A stretch of 38,578 nt of DNA from Candidatus Aerophobota bacterium (lineage in GTDB: Bacteria; Aerophobota; Aerophobia; Aerophobales; AE-B3A): positions 1-38,578 of the forward strand of contig JAUVZN010000001.1 in NCBI GenBank assembly GCA_030602545.1. Reading direction: 5' to 3'. This document shows, in pieces, positions 8,225 through 19,014 of the stretch (position 1 is its first letter; each line of letters opens with the position of its first letter). Below the pieces are notes generated by a model that saw only the letters and a list, made by a program, of their open reading frames with translations, was not told the DNA's origin and made no database searches. The position numbers were made by a program, and so were the translations under genes.

Positions 8225-11200
8225 TTGAAAATAAGTGAGATAAGCAAAGTCAGGATAAGACTTGCTTCGCCAGAAGAGATAAGGCGATGGTCCTATGGTG
8301 AGGTAAGGAAGACAGATACCATTAATTATCGGACATTCAAGCCGGAGAGAGGAGGCCTTTTTTGCGAGCAGATCTTTGGTCCTACCAAAGGCTACGAGTG
8401 TTACTGTGGTAAGTACCGAAAAATGAAGTACAAGGGTGTTAGGTGCGAGAGATGCGGGGTGGAAGTAACCTCTTCCAAGGTCCGGCGGGAACGGATGGGA
8501 CATATAGAGCTGGCTACCCCCGTGACCCATATTTGGTACACTAAGAAATATCTGCCTCTCCTGTTGGGTCTCAAAAAAAGTGAAGTAGAAAGAATCATTT
8601 ATTTTGTCAGCTATTTGGTAATCGATCCTGGCAAGACGCCTCTCAAGAAGCTCCAGGTATTGGAGGAGGAAGAATATCAAAAATATAAGGGCTTATATGG
8701 AGAGGAGAATTTTCAGGCGGGAACAGGAACAGAGGCAATTCTAGAGGTACTGGAAGGGATCAAGATTGAGGAGCTCAGAGAAAGATTAAAGGAGAAGCTG
8801 TTCGAGGAGAAAACCAAGGGGAAAAGAATCAAGCTGCTTAAGCAGCTTGAGGTGGTGGAGAATTTCCTGCGCTCCGGTAACAAACCCGAATGGATGGTTT
8901 TGAAAATTATTCCTGTCATTCCTCCGGATTTTAGACCTATGGTGCAGCTAGAAAGCGGTATTTTCGCTAACTCTGATTTAAATGATTTGTATCGTCGGAT
9001 CATCAATAGAAACAACCGCCTCAAATACCTGTTGGAGATAGGAGCTCCCCAGATCATTATCAAGAATGAGAAGAAAATGCTCCAACAGGCAGTTGACGCC
9101 TTATTTGAGAATGAAAAACTCTCTCAGCCTATTCTAGGAGGAGGCGGTCGACCCCTCAAATCACTGGGTGAGGCAATTAAGGGAAAACAAGGCAGATTTC
9201 GACAGAATCTCCTGGGTAAAAGGGTTGATTATTCGGGAAGAGCAGTGATAGTACCGGGACCTAACTTAAAGCTTCATGAATGTGGGATACCAGAGAGGAT
9301 GGCTTTAGAACTTTTCCGTCCCTTTGTCATCAGGGAGATTTTGCAGGAAGGGAGAGCGGAGACTATCAAAAGAGCTAATGATCTGGTGGAAAAAGCCGAT
9401 TCTTTTGTTTGGGGAATACTGGAGAGAGTGGTTAAGGATCATCCAGTTCTTTTAAATAGAGCTCCTACTTTGCACAGATTAGGTATTCAGGCCTTCCAAC
9501 CTATTCTCATAGAAGGAAGTGCTATCCAGCTGCATCCTTTGGTGTGCACCGCTTTTAATGCTGACTTCGACGGAGACCAGATGGCTATCCACGTTCCTCT
9601 CTCATATGAAGCCCAGCTTGAGGCAAGGACACTGCTGCTCTCTACCAACAACATCCTTTCTCCGGCTAGTGGAGAACCCATCGTCACCCCAACCCAGGAT
9701 ATTACCGTAGGTTGCTATTATTTGACCTTGGAAAGTGAGACCAAGGGTGAGAACAAGGTCTTTTCCTCTGCCCAGGAAGTGCTGCTGGCCTATGAGCTAG
9801 ACAAAGTTGATCTCCACCAGCCCATAAAGGTTTTATTAGGTGGGGAATGGATAGAGACAACCCCGGGAAGGGTAATATTTAATCAGGTTCTACCAGAGGG
9901 AATGGAATTCGAAAATCAGTCGGTGGATAAGGAAGTATTATCTACCATCGTCGCTAGTATTTGGGAAAGGTGGGGTAATATTGTTGCGGTGGAGACACTT
10001 GACAAGATAAAGAAATTGGGATTTGATTACGCTACTCTTTGCGGGCTAACTTTTTCTATGGCGGACCTGCCCAACATCAAAGAAAAGAGAAAGCTTTTGC
10101 AAGAGACAGAAGATGAAATAAAGGGATTCAGCCTCCTGGCCGAGGAGGGAAGCATCAGTGAGGAGGAAAGATATATTGATGTGATTGATGCGATAATGAG
10201 GGTAACCCAGCAGATAGGAGAGAAGGTTTCTCAATATCTATCCCGGGATCCATTTAACTCCCTTTATTTAATGTGGAGATCAGGGGCCAGAGGTAGCGCG
10301 GATCAATTGCGCCAGATTATTGGAATACGGGGTCTGATGAGTAGATCAATAAGGGAAACTTACCGTCGAGAACTCTGGGATGAAGTTTTCCGCAAAGACC
10401 TGAACATTTCTTCTGAGGTAATTAAACATTACTTTTATCCTGTTTCTGGGGGTAGGCTGAGGGGAAGAGTTAGTGAGGAACCTATTCGATCAAGTTTCAA
10501 AGAAGGCTTGACCGCTCCCGAGTACTTTATGTCTACCGGCGGAGGAAGAAAAGGCCTGGTGGATACAGCCTTAAAAACAGCTTATGCCGGCTATCTCACT
10601 CGCAAATTAGTAGCAGCTGCTCAAAATCTCATTATCACCGAGGGTGATTGTCAGACCATAGACGGCCTTACCATGAGATCCTTGGTAGAGGACGGTAAGA
10701 TAGTAAAGCCGGTCGGGAAAAGAATTGTTGGTAGGGTCACCGCTTCCCCTGTTCTTGATCCCTCCAGAGGTGAGGTTATTGTGGGGTCAAATGAGGAGAT
10801 TACCAAGAAGATTGCTGAGGAAATAGATGCAGCAGGGGTTCGAGAGATGAAAATCCGATCCCCCTTAACCTGTCAGGCAAAATGGGGATTGTGTCAGAGA
10901 TGCTACGGATGGGATCTTTCCAGTCATAGAATAGTGAGTTTAGGCGAAGCTGTGGGGGTTATCGCTGCTCAATCTATAGGAGAACCTGGAACCCAGCTTA
11001 CTCTGCGTACCTTCCATACCGGAGGAATATTTCAGAAAGGAGGGGACATTCCCCAGGGATTGCCTCGGGCTACTGAACTTTTTGAACCCAGAAAACAGAG
11101 CTATTCAAAAAGAGGAATTATTCGGCAGCGCCAGGGAGAGGAGGCTCTGATAAGTGAGGTAGAAGGAAGGGTCGCCATTAAAGAGGAAGAGGGAAGAGTT

Positions 11201-11803
11201 CTGGTTAAGATTCGAAGTGAAGGAGAAAAGGAGATCACCTATGAGGTGGGAGGAGAAATACTTGTTTCCGAAGGAGATATAATAGAGCCGGGAGAGAAGC
11301 TTATAGAAGGAAGTATCAACCCACGCGCTCTTTTGGTCATAAAAGGTGTTAGAGCAGTTGAAGAATATCTGGTTGATCAGACGCAACAGGTTTATAAATC
11401 TCAAGGGGTGAATATTGATAGTAAGCATTTTGAGGTAATCATCAGACAGATGATGCGAAAGGTTGAAGTGGAAGATCCCGGGGATACAGGTTATCTTCCC
11501 GGAGAACAGGTAGATAAGGTAGATTTCGAAGAGGTCAATAGCAAAATAAAGGAAAAGGAAGGCAATCCTGCTACGGTTAGGCCTGTTCTTCTAACTATTT
11601 CCAAAGCAGCCCAAGAGGATAAAAGAAGCTTCCTCTCGGCTGCGTCGTTCCAAAGGACCAAGCAGGTACTGACAGAAGCTGCTATATGTGGACAGCTAGA
11701 TTATTTTAAAGAACTGAAGGGTAATGTCATCATTGGGAAACTTATCCCGGCGGGGACAGGTTTCCATAACTTGGAGCATAAGCCTGCCCAGAACGAGTCC
11801 TGA
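8225..11803 (+). CDS. rpoC: DNA-directed RNA polymerase subunit beta-prime
   Basis: Zn finger CYCGKY..CERCG, catalytic NADFDGDQM, bridge helix GRKGLVDTALKTAYAGYLTRKLV, trigger loop GEPGTQLTLRTFHTGG. TTG 8225 preferred (AGGGGG 6 nt upstream). The ORF-track start TTG 8207 is the alternative. Confidence 0.97.
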   Translation: MKISEISKVRIRLASPEEIRRWSYGEVRKTDTINYRTFKPERGGLFCEQIFGPTKGYECYCGKYRKMKYKGVRCERCGVEVTSSKVRRERMGHIELATPVTHIWYTKKYLPLLLGLKKSEVERIIYFVSYLVIDPGKTPLKKLQVLEEEEYQKYKGLYGEENFQAGTGTEAILEVLEGIKIEELRERLKEKLFEEKTKGKRIKLLKQLEVVENFLRSGNKPEWMVLKIIPVIPPDFRPMVQLESGIFANSDLNDLYRRIINRNNRLKYLLEIGAPQIIIKNEKKMLQQAVDALFENEKLSQPILGGGGRPLKSLGEAIKGKQGRFRQNLLGKRVDYSGRAVIVPGPNLKLHECGIPERMALELFRPFVIREILQEGRAETIKRANDLVEKADSFVWGILERVVKDHPVLLNRAPTLHRLGIQAFQPILIEGSAIQLHPLVCTAFNADFDGDQMAIHVPLSYEAQLEARTLLLSTNNILSPASGEPIVTPTQDITVGCYYLTLESETKGENKVFSSAQEVLLAYELDKVDLHQPIKVLLGGEWIETTPGRVIFNQVLPEGMEFENQSVDKEVLSTIVASIWERWGNIVAVETLDKIKKLGFDYATLCGLTFSMADLPNIKEKRKLLQETEDEIKGFSLLAEEGSISEEERYIDVIDAIMRVTQQIGEKVSQYLSRDPFNSLYLMWRSGARGSADQLRQIIGIRGLMSRSIRETYRRELWDEVFRKDLNISSEVIKHYFYPVSGGRLRGRVSEEPIRSSFKEGLTAPEYFMSTGGGRKGLVDTALKTAYAGYLTRKLVAAAQNLIITEGDCQTIDGLTMRSLVEDGKIVKPVGKRIVGRVTASPVLDPSRGEVIVGSNEEITKKIAEEIDAAGVREMKIRSPLTCQAKWGLCQRCYGWDLSSHRIVSLGEAVGVIAAQSIGEPGTQLTLRTFHTGGIFQKGGDIPQGLPRATELFEPRKQSYSKRGIIRQRQGEEALISEVEGRVAIKEEEGRVLVKIRSEGEKEITYEVGGEILVSEGDIIEPGEKLIEGSINPRALLVIKGVRAVEEYLVDQTQQVYKSQGVNIDSKHFEVIIRQMMRKVEVEDPGDTGYLPGEQVDKVDFEEVNSKIKEKEGNPATVRPVLLTISKAAQEDKRSFLSAASFQRTKQVLTEAAICGQLDYFKELKGNVIIGKLIPAGTGFHNLEHKPAQNES

Positions 11804-11827
11804 TGTTTTTGTTGAAAAGGAGCTCTA

Positions 11828-12196
11828 ATGCCAACTATAAACCAGCTGTTAAGGAAGGGGCGCAGGAGAACGGGAAAAAAAGGGAAAAGTATAGCTCTTG
11901 GGGGATCACCTCAGAGGAAGGGAGTCTGTGTTAGTGTCCGAACTCTGACTCCCAAGAAGCCTAATTCTGCTCTTCGAAAAGTAGCCAGAGTGAGACTATC
12001 TACGGGTAGAGTTGTCAGCGTCTACATTCCAGGAGAGGGACATAACCTCCAGGAGCATTCCATTGTCCTGGTGGAAGGGGGTAGGGTTAAGGATCTGCCC
12101 GGGGTGAAATACCACATTATCCGTGGAACCCTAGATACTAGCGGGGTTGAGGGAAGAAAAAGGAGTAGGTCAAGGTATGGGAAGAAAAAGGAGTAG
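11828..12196 (+). CDS. rpsL: 30S ribosomal protein S12
   Basis: [11 protein letters not shown] and [14 protein letters not shown] hallmarks. Confidence 0.98.
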   Translation: MPTINQLLRKGRRRTGKKGKSIALGGSPQRKGVCVSVRTLTPKKPNSALRKVARVRLSTGRVVSVYIPGEGHNLQEHSIVLVEGGRVKDLPGVKYHIIRGTLDTSGVEGRKRSRSRYGKKKE

Positions 12197-12201
12197 AAGA
12201 G

Positions 12202-12672
12202 ATGGCAAGGCGAAAGATATCTAAAAAGAGAGTGATTCGGCCAGATCCTCTTTACAATAGTCAATTAGTGGGTAAGCTCATCAATAAAGTTATGTGGGAT
12301 GGAGAAAAGAGCAAAGCCGAATCCATTTGTTATGACTCGTTCGCCATCATAGAGAAAAAAACAAAACAGAACCCCCTCCAGGTTTTCTTGAAAGCAATGG
12401 AGAACGTTAAACCAGTATTGGAAGTCCGGTCTCGGCGAGTTGGAGGAGCTACTTATCAAGTACCTACCACCGTTGATCCTGGGAGAAAGGAAACTCTGGC
12501 TTTGCGGTGGATAGTTCAATTTGCTCGTCAAAAAAAGGGTAGGCCCATGAGGGAGAGGCTGGCTGAGGAAATAATAATGGCCTTTCGAGGAGAAGGATTA
12601 GCGGTAAAGAAGAGGGAAGATACTCATAAAATGGCGGAGGCCAATCGAGCCTTTGCCCATTATCGGTGGTGA
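12202..12672 (+). CDS. rpsG: 30S ribosomal protein S7
   Basis: 156 aa. Typical S7 ([27 protein letters not shown]-terminus). Confidence 0.98.
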   Translation: MARRKISKKRVIRPDPLYNSQLVGKLINKVMWDGEKSKAESICYDSFAIIEKKTKQNPLQVFLKAMENVKPVLEVRSRRVGGATYQVPTTVDPGRKETLALRWIVQFARQKKGRPMRERLAEEIIMAFRGEGLAVKKREDTHKMAEANRAFAHYRW

Positions 12673-12680
12673 GGATACAG

Positions 12681-14768
12681 ATGGGGAAGAACTCTTATCG
12701 TCTGAACAGGATAAGAAACATTGGTATTGTGGCCCATATAGATGCGGGTAAAACCACTCTTACTGAACGTATGTTGTATTATACAGGAAGGATAAGAAAG
12801 GTAGGCGAGGTCCACGAAGGTACAACAGTGATGGATTGGATGATACAGGAGAAGGAAAGAGGGATTACTATCACCTCTGCCGCAACTACCTGTTTTTGGA
12901 AAGGCCATCAAATAAATATTATTGATACTCCAGGCCACGTTGATTTTACTGTAGAAGTGGAGAGAACTCTAAGGGTGTTGGATGGAGCGGTGGTTATTTT
13001 TTGCGGTGTGGAGGGAGTTGAGCCGCAGTCAGAAACAGTCTGGCGTCAGGCCAATCGCTACCACATTCCTCGTATTACCTTTATTAATAAATTGGATAGA
13101 GTAGGAGCTGATTTTTACGGGGTGGTCGAGTCCATTGGCGAAGAACTCGATCTCACTCCTCTACCTCTTCAAATTCCCATTGGTGAGGGGGATACCTTCC
13201 AGGGAGTGGTGGATCTGGTAAAGATGGAAGCGGTGATTTGGCATGGAGAGGGTTTAGAAGACCGGGTTTCCAGGGAGAAAATTCCCCCTAATCTGAGAGC
13301 CAGGGCTCTTGATTTTCACCACCAGTTAGTGGAGAAAGCTGCTGAAGCCAATGATAACTATCTGGAAAAGTTTTTAGAGAAGGGAAGTCTCTCCTCAGAA
13401 GAAATCAAAAGAGCGGTAAGATATATGACTCTTCATCATAAAGCAGTACCCGTAGTTTGCGGAAGTGCACTGAAGAACAAAGGAACTCGTCTTCTCTTAG
13501 ATGCGGTTATAGACTACTTACCCTCTCCTTTAGATATACCTCCGGTAGAGGGATTAGATCCTATATCTGGTGAGAAGGAGAAGAGAGAGCCCTCACCAGA
13601 TGAGCCCTTGGCTGCTCTAGCTTTTAAGGTTGTCACCGATCCCTATGTGGGGAGATTGACTTATTTTCGGGTTTATTCGGGAAAAATTAAAGCAGGTTCT
13701 CTTGTCTATAACTCCATGAAACATCAGAAAGAAAGGTTTGGCCGTATTCTGGAAATGCACGCTAATTATAGAGAAGAGAGGGCAGAAATCAAAGCTGGAG
13801 AAATTGGAGCAGGTATAGGTCCTCGAAACATTGATACCGGGGATTCTCTTTGTGATGAGCAGCATCCTATCCTCCTGGAGAACATAGAGTTTGCTCGACC
13901 GGTGATCTCTATAGCCATTGAGCCCAAGACAAAGTTAGATCAGCAGAAGCTGTATGATTCTCTTTCCAGGTTGGCTGGGGAGGATCCTACTTTCAGAGTT
14001 CATCAGGATAAAGAAACCGGGCAAATCATAATTTCAGGAATGGGCCAGCTTCATCTGGAAGTTATTCTTGACAGATTAAAGCGTGAGTTTAAGGTTGGAG
14101 TAAACACGGGGGAACCTCAAGTAGCCTACCGGGAGACGGTGAGGAAGAAAGCTTCCTCTCAGGGCCGATATATCCACCAAAGCGGAGGGAGGGGACAGTA
14201 CGGGGATGTATGGCTCCAGGTAGAACCCAGAAGGAAGGATGATGAGACGGTGTTCCAGGACAAAACCAAAGGCGACTCTATTCCCAAGGAGTTTATAGGA
14301 GCTATAAGAAAAGGAATCGAGCAGGCTATGAATACGGGAGTTTTGAGAGGTTATCCCCTGGTTGACATCAAGGTAAGTCTTCTTGACGGTTCATATCATC
14401 CGGTAGATTCTTCGGAATTTGCCTTTAAGACTGCTACCTCCATCGCCTTTAAGAAGGCAGTCCGGGAGGCGGATCCATACCTCTTGGAACCTATAATGAA
14501 GGTAGAGATAAAGCTTCCTCAGGATTTTTTGGGAGAGGTATTTGGGGACATAACTGGCCGACGTGGCCAAATTCATGAAATGGAAACCGAGGGAAATATT
14601 CGGTATCTCAAAGCCTATATTCCTCTGGCAGAACTGTTCGGCTATGTTACTCGACTGCGCTCTTTAACCCAAGGTAAAGCGCTACCTAACGTAGAGTTTT
14701 CTCATTACCAGGAAGTACCCCTTGGAATGGCTGACCAGCTCATAAGGAATTACGGCTTGAGCAAATGA
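12681..14768 (+). CDS. fusA: Elongation factor G
   Basis: [22 protein letters not shown], and EF-G domains III-V. ATG 12681 (GAGGA 5 nt upstream) preferred over the GTG 12666 of the ORF track. Confidence 0.96.
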   Translation: MGKNSYRLNRIRNIGIVAHIDAGKTTLTERMLYYTGRIRKVGEVHEGTTVMDWMIQEKERGITITSAATTCFWKGHQINIIDTPGHVDFTVEVERTLRVLDGAVVIFCGVEGVEPQSETVWRQANRYHIPRITFINKLDRVGADFYGVVESIGEELDLTPLPLQIPIGEGDTFQGVVDLVKMEAVIWHGEGLEDRVSREKIPPNLRARALDFHHQLVEKAAEANDNYLEKFLEKGSLSSEEIKRAVRYMTLHHKAVPVVCGSALKNKGTRLLLDAVIDYLPSPLDIPPVEGLDPISGEKEKREPSPDEPLAALAFKVVTDPYVGRLTYFRVYSGKIKAGSLVYNSMKHQKERFGRILEMHANYREERAEIKAGEIGAGIGPRNIDTGDSLCDEQHPILLENIEFARPVISIAIEPKTKLDQQKLYDSLSRLAGEDPTFRVHQDKETGQIIISGMGQLHLEVILDRLKREFKVGVNTGEPQVAYRETVRKKASSQGRYIHQSGGRGQYGDVWLQVEPRRKDDETVFQDKTKGDSIPKEFIGAIRKGIEQAMNTGVLRGYPLVDIKVSLLDGSYHPVDSSEFAFKTATSIAFKKAVREADPYLLEPIMKVEIKLPQDFLGEVFGDITGRRGQIHEMETEGNIRYLKAYIPLAELFGYVTRLRSLTQGKALPNVEFSHYQEVPLGMADQLIRNYGLSK

Positions 14769-14782
14769 AGAAGAGGTAAGAG

Positions 14783-15091
14783 ATGCCAAAACAGAGGATC
14801 AGAATTAAGTTGAAAGCCTACGATCACAGAATATTGGATCAATCGGTGAGGAAAATCATAGAGACTATAGAGAGAACAGGAGCAAGAATCTGTGGTCCTG
14901 TGCCTTTACCTACCAGGATCAGCCGATTCACGGTGATAAAGTCTCCCCATACTCACAAGGATGCCCGAGAGCAGTTTGAAATAAGAATTCATAAAAGATT
15001 AATTGACATTCTGGAATCAAACCCCAGAACTGTGGACGCCTTGATGGGAATGAATCTTCCCACCGGCGTGCACATTGAGGTGAAGTTGTGA
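14783..15091 (+). CDS. rpsJ: 30S ribosomal protein S10
   Basis: [16 protein letters not shown] and [13 protein letters not shown] hallmarks. Follows fusA directly, with no second tuf between them. Confidence 0.98.
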   Translation: MPKQRIRIKLKAYDHRILDQSVRKIIETIERTGARICGPVPLPTRISRFTVIKSPHTHKDAREQFEIRIHKRLIDILESNPRTVDALMGMNLPTGVHIEVKL

Positions 15092-15708
15092 TAAAGGCAA
15101 TCTTAGGTAGGAAACTGGGAATGACTCATATCTTTGAAAAAGATACTCTTATTCCCGTAACTTTAGTTGAGGCTGGACCCTGCGTCATAGTTCAAAAAAA
15201 GGTGCAGGACAAGGATGGATATGGAGCTATTCAGATAGGCTTCAATGAGACCAAAAAACTCAACAAACCAAAGCTTGGATACTTCAAGAAAAGAGAGATT
15301 CCGTCTCAAAAATACCTCAGGGAAATAAGGATGAAGGATATGGATAAGTATCAAGCAGGGGGTGAGATTAGAGTGGATATTTTTGAAGAGGGGGATTTGG
15401 TGAGCGTTAGCGGTATTTCCAAAGGCAAAGGTTTTGCAGGGGTAGTTAAGAGATACGGTTTTAAAGGTGGTCCTGCCTCTCACGGAGCAAAACAGTGGCA
15501 TCGCAGGCCTGGCTCTATAGGAGCTTCGGCTGATCCGTCCCGGGTATTCAAGGGGAAGAAAATGCCGGGAAGGATGGGAAGGGAGAAAGTGACCATCCAT
15601 AATCTCAAGGTGGTTAAGGTAGACGAGAAGGAAAATCTTCTCCTGATTGAAGGAGGTTTGCCGGGTAAGAAGGGGGATCTTTTGACTATAAAAGGATATG
15701 AGAGCTAA
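15088..15708 (+). CDS. rplC: 50S ribosomal protein L3
   Basis: GTG start overlapping the rpsJ stop. [12 protein letters not shown] and [10 protein letters not shown] motifs. Confidence 0.96.
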   Translation: MIKAILGRKLGMTHIFEKDTLIPVTLVEAGPCVIVQKKVQDKDGYGAIQIGFNETKKLNKPKLGYFKKREIPSQKYLREIRMKDMDKYQAGGEIRVDIFEEGDLVSVSGISKGKGFAGVVKRYGFKGGPASHGAKQWHRRPGSIGASADPSRVFKGKKMPGRMGREKVTIHNLKVVKVDEKENLLLIEGGLPGKKGDLLTIKGYES

Positions 15709-15710
15709 GA

Positions 15711-16334
15711 ATGCAATTGCCGCTTTACAATGTGGAGGGGAAGAAAGCCGGAGACATTACGCTGGATGAGGATGTCTTCAAAGGTGAGATTAATAGATGG
15801 GCTTTGAGAGAGGTAATATTAGCCCATCAAACCAACCGGAGAAGAGGAACAGCCTCCACCAAGTCTCGAGGTGAGGTAAGAGGCGGAGGCCGCAAACCCT
15901 TTGTTCAGAAAGGCAGTGGAAGAGCAAGAGCGGGAAGCATTCGCTCGCCCCTCTGGGTTGGAGGAGGGGTGGTCTTTGGACCGAAATCAAGGAGTTTTGA
16001 ATATTCTTTGCCAAAAAAAGTCAAGAGGCTTGCCTTTAAATCCAGTCTTAGAAAGAAACTGAAGGAAAATTCGCTTTTTGTTTTGGATGCACTTGAGCTG
16101 GAGGAGCCAAAGACGCGGGAGATGGTAGAATTCTTAAGTCACTTTCCCCTGGAAGGCAGGAGGCTATTGATATTAGAGAAATGGGATGAGAAGATAAGAA
16201 GGGCCACCTCGAATCTGCCGAACCTTAGAGTTAGCCTTGCTTCTTTGGTCTCAACCTACGATATCCTGTTTTACCAGAGTGTATTTATAACCAGAGGGGC
16301 CCTGAGGAAGGTAGAGGATAGGCTGAAAAAATGA
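15711..16334 (+). CDS. rplD: 50S ribosomal protein L4
   Basis: 207 aa. RRGTASTKSRGEVRGGGRKPFVQKGSGRAR motif. Confidence 0.96.
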   Translation: MQLPLYNVEGKKAGDITLDEDVFKGEINRWALREVILAHQTNRRRGTASTKSRGEVRGGGRKPFVQKGSGRARAGSIRSPLWVGGGVVFGPKSRSFEYSLPKKVKRLAFKSSLRKKLKENSLFVLDALELEEPKTREMVEFLSHFPLEGRRLLILEKWDEKIRRATSNLPNLRVSLASLVSTYDILFYQSVFITRGALRKVEDRLKK

Positions 16335-16621
16335 CTAAAGTACCTGAGGAAATTATTCTCCAGCCTGTGGTGTCGGAAAAAAGCACCCGTCTTTTAAGGG
16401 AAAATAAATATGTATTCAAAGTTCCTCTGGAGGTGGGTAAGATTGAAATAAAGAAAGCTGTGGAAGAAATATTTAAGGTACGGGTGGATAAAGTGAGAAC
16501 CATGCAGGTGAAGGGCAAACCCAGAAAGTGGCGAGGTCGGATGGTAGGGAAAACATCCTGCTACAAGAAAGCCATAGTGAAGCTAAAGGAAGGCGATACC
16601 ATCGAGGAGTTAGGAGTTTAG
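16331..16621 (+). CDS. rplW: 50S ribosomal protein L23
   Basis: 96 aa. PVVSEKS...YVFKV and KKAIV motifs. ATGA overlap with rplD. Confidence 0.95.
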   Translation: MTKVPEEIILQPVVSEKSTRLLRENKYVFKVPLEVGKIEIKKAVEEIFKVRVDKVRTMQVKGKPRKWRGRMVGKTSCYKKAIVKLKEGDTIEELGV

Positions 16622-16622
16622 G

Positions 16623-17453
16623 ATGCCTATAAAGATCTATAAGCCGACTTCCTCCGGAAGAAGACATCAGACGAGATCCGATTTCTCTGAGATTACGGAA
16701 GGCAGCCCTGATAGGACTCTTACCGTTCCCTTGCAAAAAAGAGCGGGTCGAGGTGATCAGGGAAGAGTTACGGTTAGACATCGGGGAGGAGGAAGGAAAA
16801 AGAAATACCGTCTAATTGACTTCAAAAGGGATAAGGAGGGAATTCCTGCCCGGGTAACTTCTATCGAGTATGATCCTAATCGATCAGCAAGAGTTGCCCT
16901 CCTTTGTTATAAGGATGGGGAAAAAAGGTACATTATAGCCCCTCACTTCTTAAAAGTGGGGGATGGAGTTATGGCCGGAGAAAAAGCTTCTCTTAGGCGG
17001 GGGAACAGTCTTCCCCTCAGGCGAATCCCGGAAGGAAGTTCTATTTACAATATTGAGTTAAAAAGAGGCAAAGGAGGCCAATTAGTTCGCTCAGCAGGAG
17101 TATCAGCCGAGCTTCTAAGCAAAGAAGGAGGATATGCTCAGGTTAAACTCCCTTCAGGTGAAATACGCCTGGTTGCTTTGGAATGTAGAGCTACTCTTGG
17201 TCAAGTAGGCAATGTGGAGCATGAGAACATTCAGATAGGCAAAGCAGGACGATCTCGATGGTTGGGCAGACGCCCTCGGGTTCGAGGAGCAGCCATGAAT
17301 CCCATAGATCATCCCCATGGGGGTGGCGAGGGTCGTAGCGGACCAGGAAGACACCCTGTAACTCCCTGGGGAAAACCGACTCTGGGCAAGAAAACTCGAA
17401 AGATAAGAAAACCATCAGATCGGTTTATAATTCAGAGAAGAAAGAAAAAATAG
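16623..17453 (+). CDS. rplB: 50S ribosomal protein L2
   Basis: 276 aa. [12 protein letters not shown] and [13 protein letters not shown] hallmarks. Confidence 0.98.
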   Translation: MPIKIYKPTSSGRRHQTRSDFSEITEGSPDRTLTVPLQKRAGRGDQGRVTVRHRGGGRKKKYRLIDFKRDKEGIPARVTSIEYDPNRSARVALLCYKDGEKRYIIAPHFLKVGDGVMAGEKASLRRGNSLPLRRIPEGSSIYNIELKRGKGGQLVRSAGVSAELLSKEGGYAQVKLPSGEIRLVALECRATLGQVGNVEHENIQIGKAGRSRWLGRRPRVRGAAMNPIDHPHGGGEGRSGPGRHPVTPWGKPTLGKKTRKIRKPSDRFIIQRRKKK

Positions 17454-17465
17454 GGGGAAGATAAG

Positions 17466-17747
17466 ATGGGTCGCTCACTTAAAAAAGGTCCCTATGCGGA
17501 AGAATCGTTGCTCAGAAAGATAAAGAGAATGAGAAAGGAGACTAAAAAGCCCATTAAGACCTGGTCTCGTCGGTCTATGATTATCCCTGATTTTGTGGGT
17601 TATACCTTTGCCATCCATAATGGCAAGGATTTCCAGCCTGTCTTTATTACCGAGGAGATGGTGGGTCATAAGTTGGGGGAATTTGCCCCCACCCGTAAGT
17701 TTACCCGTCACGGAGCCCACAGCAAACGGACCATAGCTCCGAAGTAA
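17466..17747 (+). CDS. rpsS: 30S ribosomal protein S19
   Basis: [16 protein letters not shown] and [11 protein letters not shown] motifs. Confidence 0.98.
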   Translation: MGRSLKKGPYAEESLLRKIKRMRKETKKPIKTWSRRSMIIPDFVGYTFAIHNGKDFQPVFITEEMVGHKLGEFAPTRKFTRHGAHSKRTIAPK

Positions 17748-17822
17748 TATAAAAACAGGCTCGTCTCTGCTCGTTTTCTCGATGATGCCTGCGGCACCCT
17801 ACGGGCGGGAAAGACGTGAGGA

Positions 17823-17845
17823 CCTTCGGTACACATATAAATTCC
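17823..17845 (-). repeat. Repeat block A copy (inverted relative to 1780-1802), just upstream of rplV
   Basis: ccttcggtacacatataaattcc is the reverse complement of ggaatttataggtgtacccaagg at 21/23 positions. Confidence 0.7.
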
Positions 17846-17865
17846 TATACTCCAAGGAGAGATAG

Positions 17866-18198
17866 ATGGAGGTCAAGGCAGCGGTAAAGTATGTTCGAGT
17901 ATCTCCCTTTAAGGTAAGGAGTGTAGTTCAGTTAATAAAGGGCAGACAGGTGGATGAGGCCATTTGGATTTTGGATTTTATGGGGAAAAGAGGTGCCAAA
18001 GAAGTGAGAAAAGTATTGAAGTCCGCGCTGAGCAATGCCCAAAATAATTTTGATCTGAGTCGTGAGTCTCTTTATGTTAAGGAAGCTGTGGTTGGGAAAG
18101 GACCTGCTTCCAAGAGAGTAAAACCGAGGGCCAGGGGCAGAGCCGATTTAATTAGACGAAGGACTTCTCATATCGCAGTGACCTTGGAATCTAGGTAG
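17866..18198 (+). CDS. rplV: 50S ribosomal protein L22
   Basis: 110 aa. Typical L22 (RVSPFKVR, ALSNAQNN, RGRADLIRRRTSHI). AAGGAGAG SD upstream. Flanked by 118-nt and 132-nt spacers. Confidence 0.96.
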   Translation: MEVKAAVKYVRVSPFKVRSVVQLIKGRQVDEAIWILDFMGKRGAKEVRKVLKSALSNAQNNFDLSRESLYVKEAVVGKGPASKRVKPRARGRADLIRRRTSHIAVTLESR

Positions 18199-18230
18199 AA
18201 AACAAAGAAAAAACTTCACCTAATACAAGG

Positions 18231-18266
18231 AATATCTCGGGACGCCTCGCTTTGGCTGCATATCAG
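18231..18266 (-). repeat. Repeat block B copy (inverted relative to 1884-1919), just downstream of rplV
   Basis: aatatctcgggacgcctcgctttggctgcatatcag matches the reverse complement of 1884-1919 at 33/36. 18231-18253 is a perfect 23-mer match. Weaker similarity continues for about 20 nt more. Confidence 0.8.
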
Positions 18267-18330
18267 TTACGGGATGCTTTAGTCTATTCATAAGATGAGA
18301 TCCAGGAGAAGGAGACAAGGAGGGCAATAA

Positions 18331-19014
18331 TTGGGACAGAAGGTTCATCCGGGAAGTTTAAGGTTGGGGATAACGAAAGATTGGATAAGCAGATGGTATG
18401 GAGGAAAAGATTATGCTAAGCTTCTCCACGAAGACATAAAGATCCGCCGTTTCCTTACCGAAAAGTTCAAACGAGCCAACGTTTCGAAAATTCTCATAGA
18501 GAGGGGTATCAACAAGGTCAGGGTAAGCATTTTCGCTGGCCGGCCTGGTATTATCATTGGCAAAGGTGGAGAGACCATAGAGAGTGCCAAAGAGGAACTG
18601 GAAAAGTTAACTGATAATAGCAAAGTTTTTCTAAATGTACAGGAGATCAACCAGCCAGACCTGGATGCCCAGTTAGTTGCTGAAAGGATTGCCTTTCAAC
18701 TTGAGAGAAGAACAAGTACGAAAAGAGTTATGAGAGGAGCGATTTCACGCGCAATGGAACTAGGTGCCAGAGGAGTTAGAGTTGCCTGTAAGGGGAGAAT
18801 AGGGGGAGCCGAGATTGCCAGGAAGGAGTGGATGAAAGAAGGAAGAATTCCCCTGCATACTCTCCGGGCAGACATTGACTATGGAGTGGCCACGGCCCAT
18901 ACCACTTATGGATGTATTGGGGTCAAAGTGTGGATATGTAAAGGGGAGGTGTTACCATCCTTGAGAGAGGAGGAAACCGGGAATGAGATTGCAGCCCAGG
19001 AGGGTCAAGTATAG
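18331..19014 (+). CDS. rpsC: 30S ribosomal protein S3
   Basis: TTG start with AAGGAGGG 6 nt upstream. [14 protein letters not shown] domain and [10 protein letters not shown] motifs. Confidence 0.96.
   Translation: MGQKVHPGSLRLGITKDWISRWYGGKDYAKLLHEDIKIRRFLTEKFKRANVSKILIERGINKVRVSIFAGRPGIIIGKGGETIESAKEELEKLTDNSKVFLNVQEINQPDLDAQLVAERIAFQLERRTSTKRVMRGAISRAMELGARGVRVACKGRIGGAEIARKEWMKEGRIPLHTLRADIDYGVATAHTTYGCIGVKVWICKGEVLPSLREEETGNEIAAQEGQV

Noticed and set aside
3306-8680. Long antisense ORFs in the ORF track (3306-3818, 4291-4677, 6320-6724, 8159-8680, all minus strand)
   Set aside because: Each is fully embedded opposite a highly conserved gene (rplA, rplL, rpoB, rpoC). Their compositions are low complexity, mirroring the sense-strand codons. 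No SD or motif supports them.
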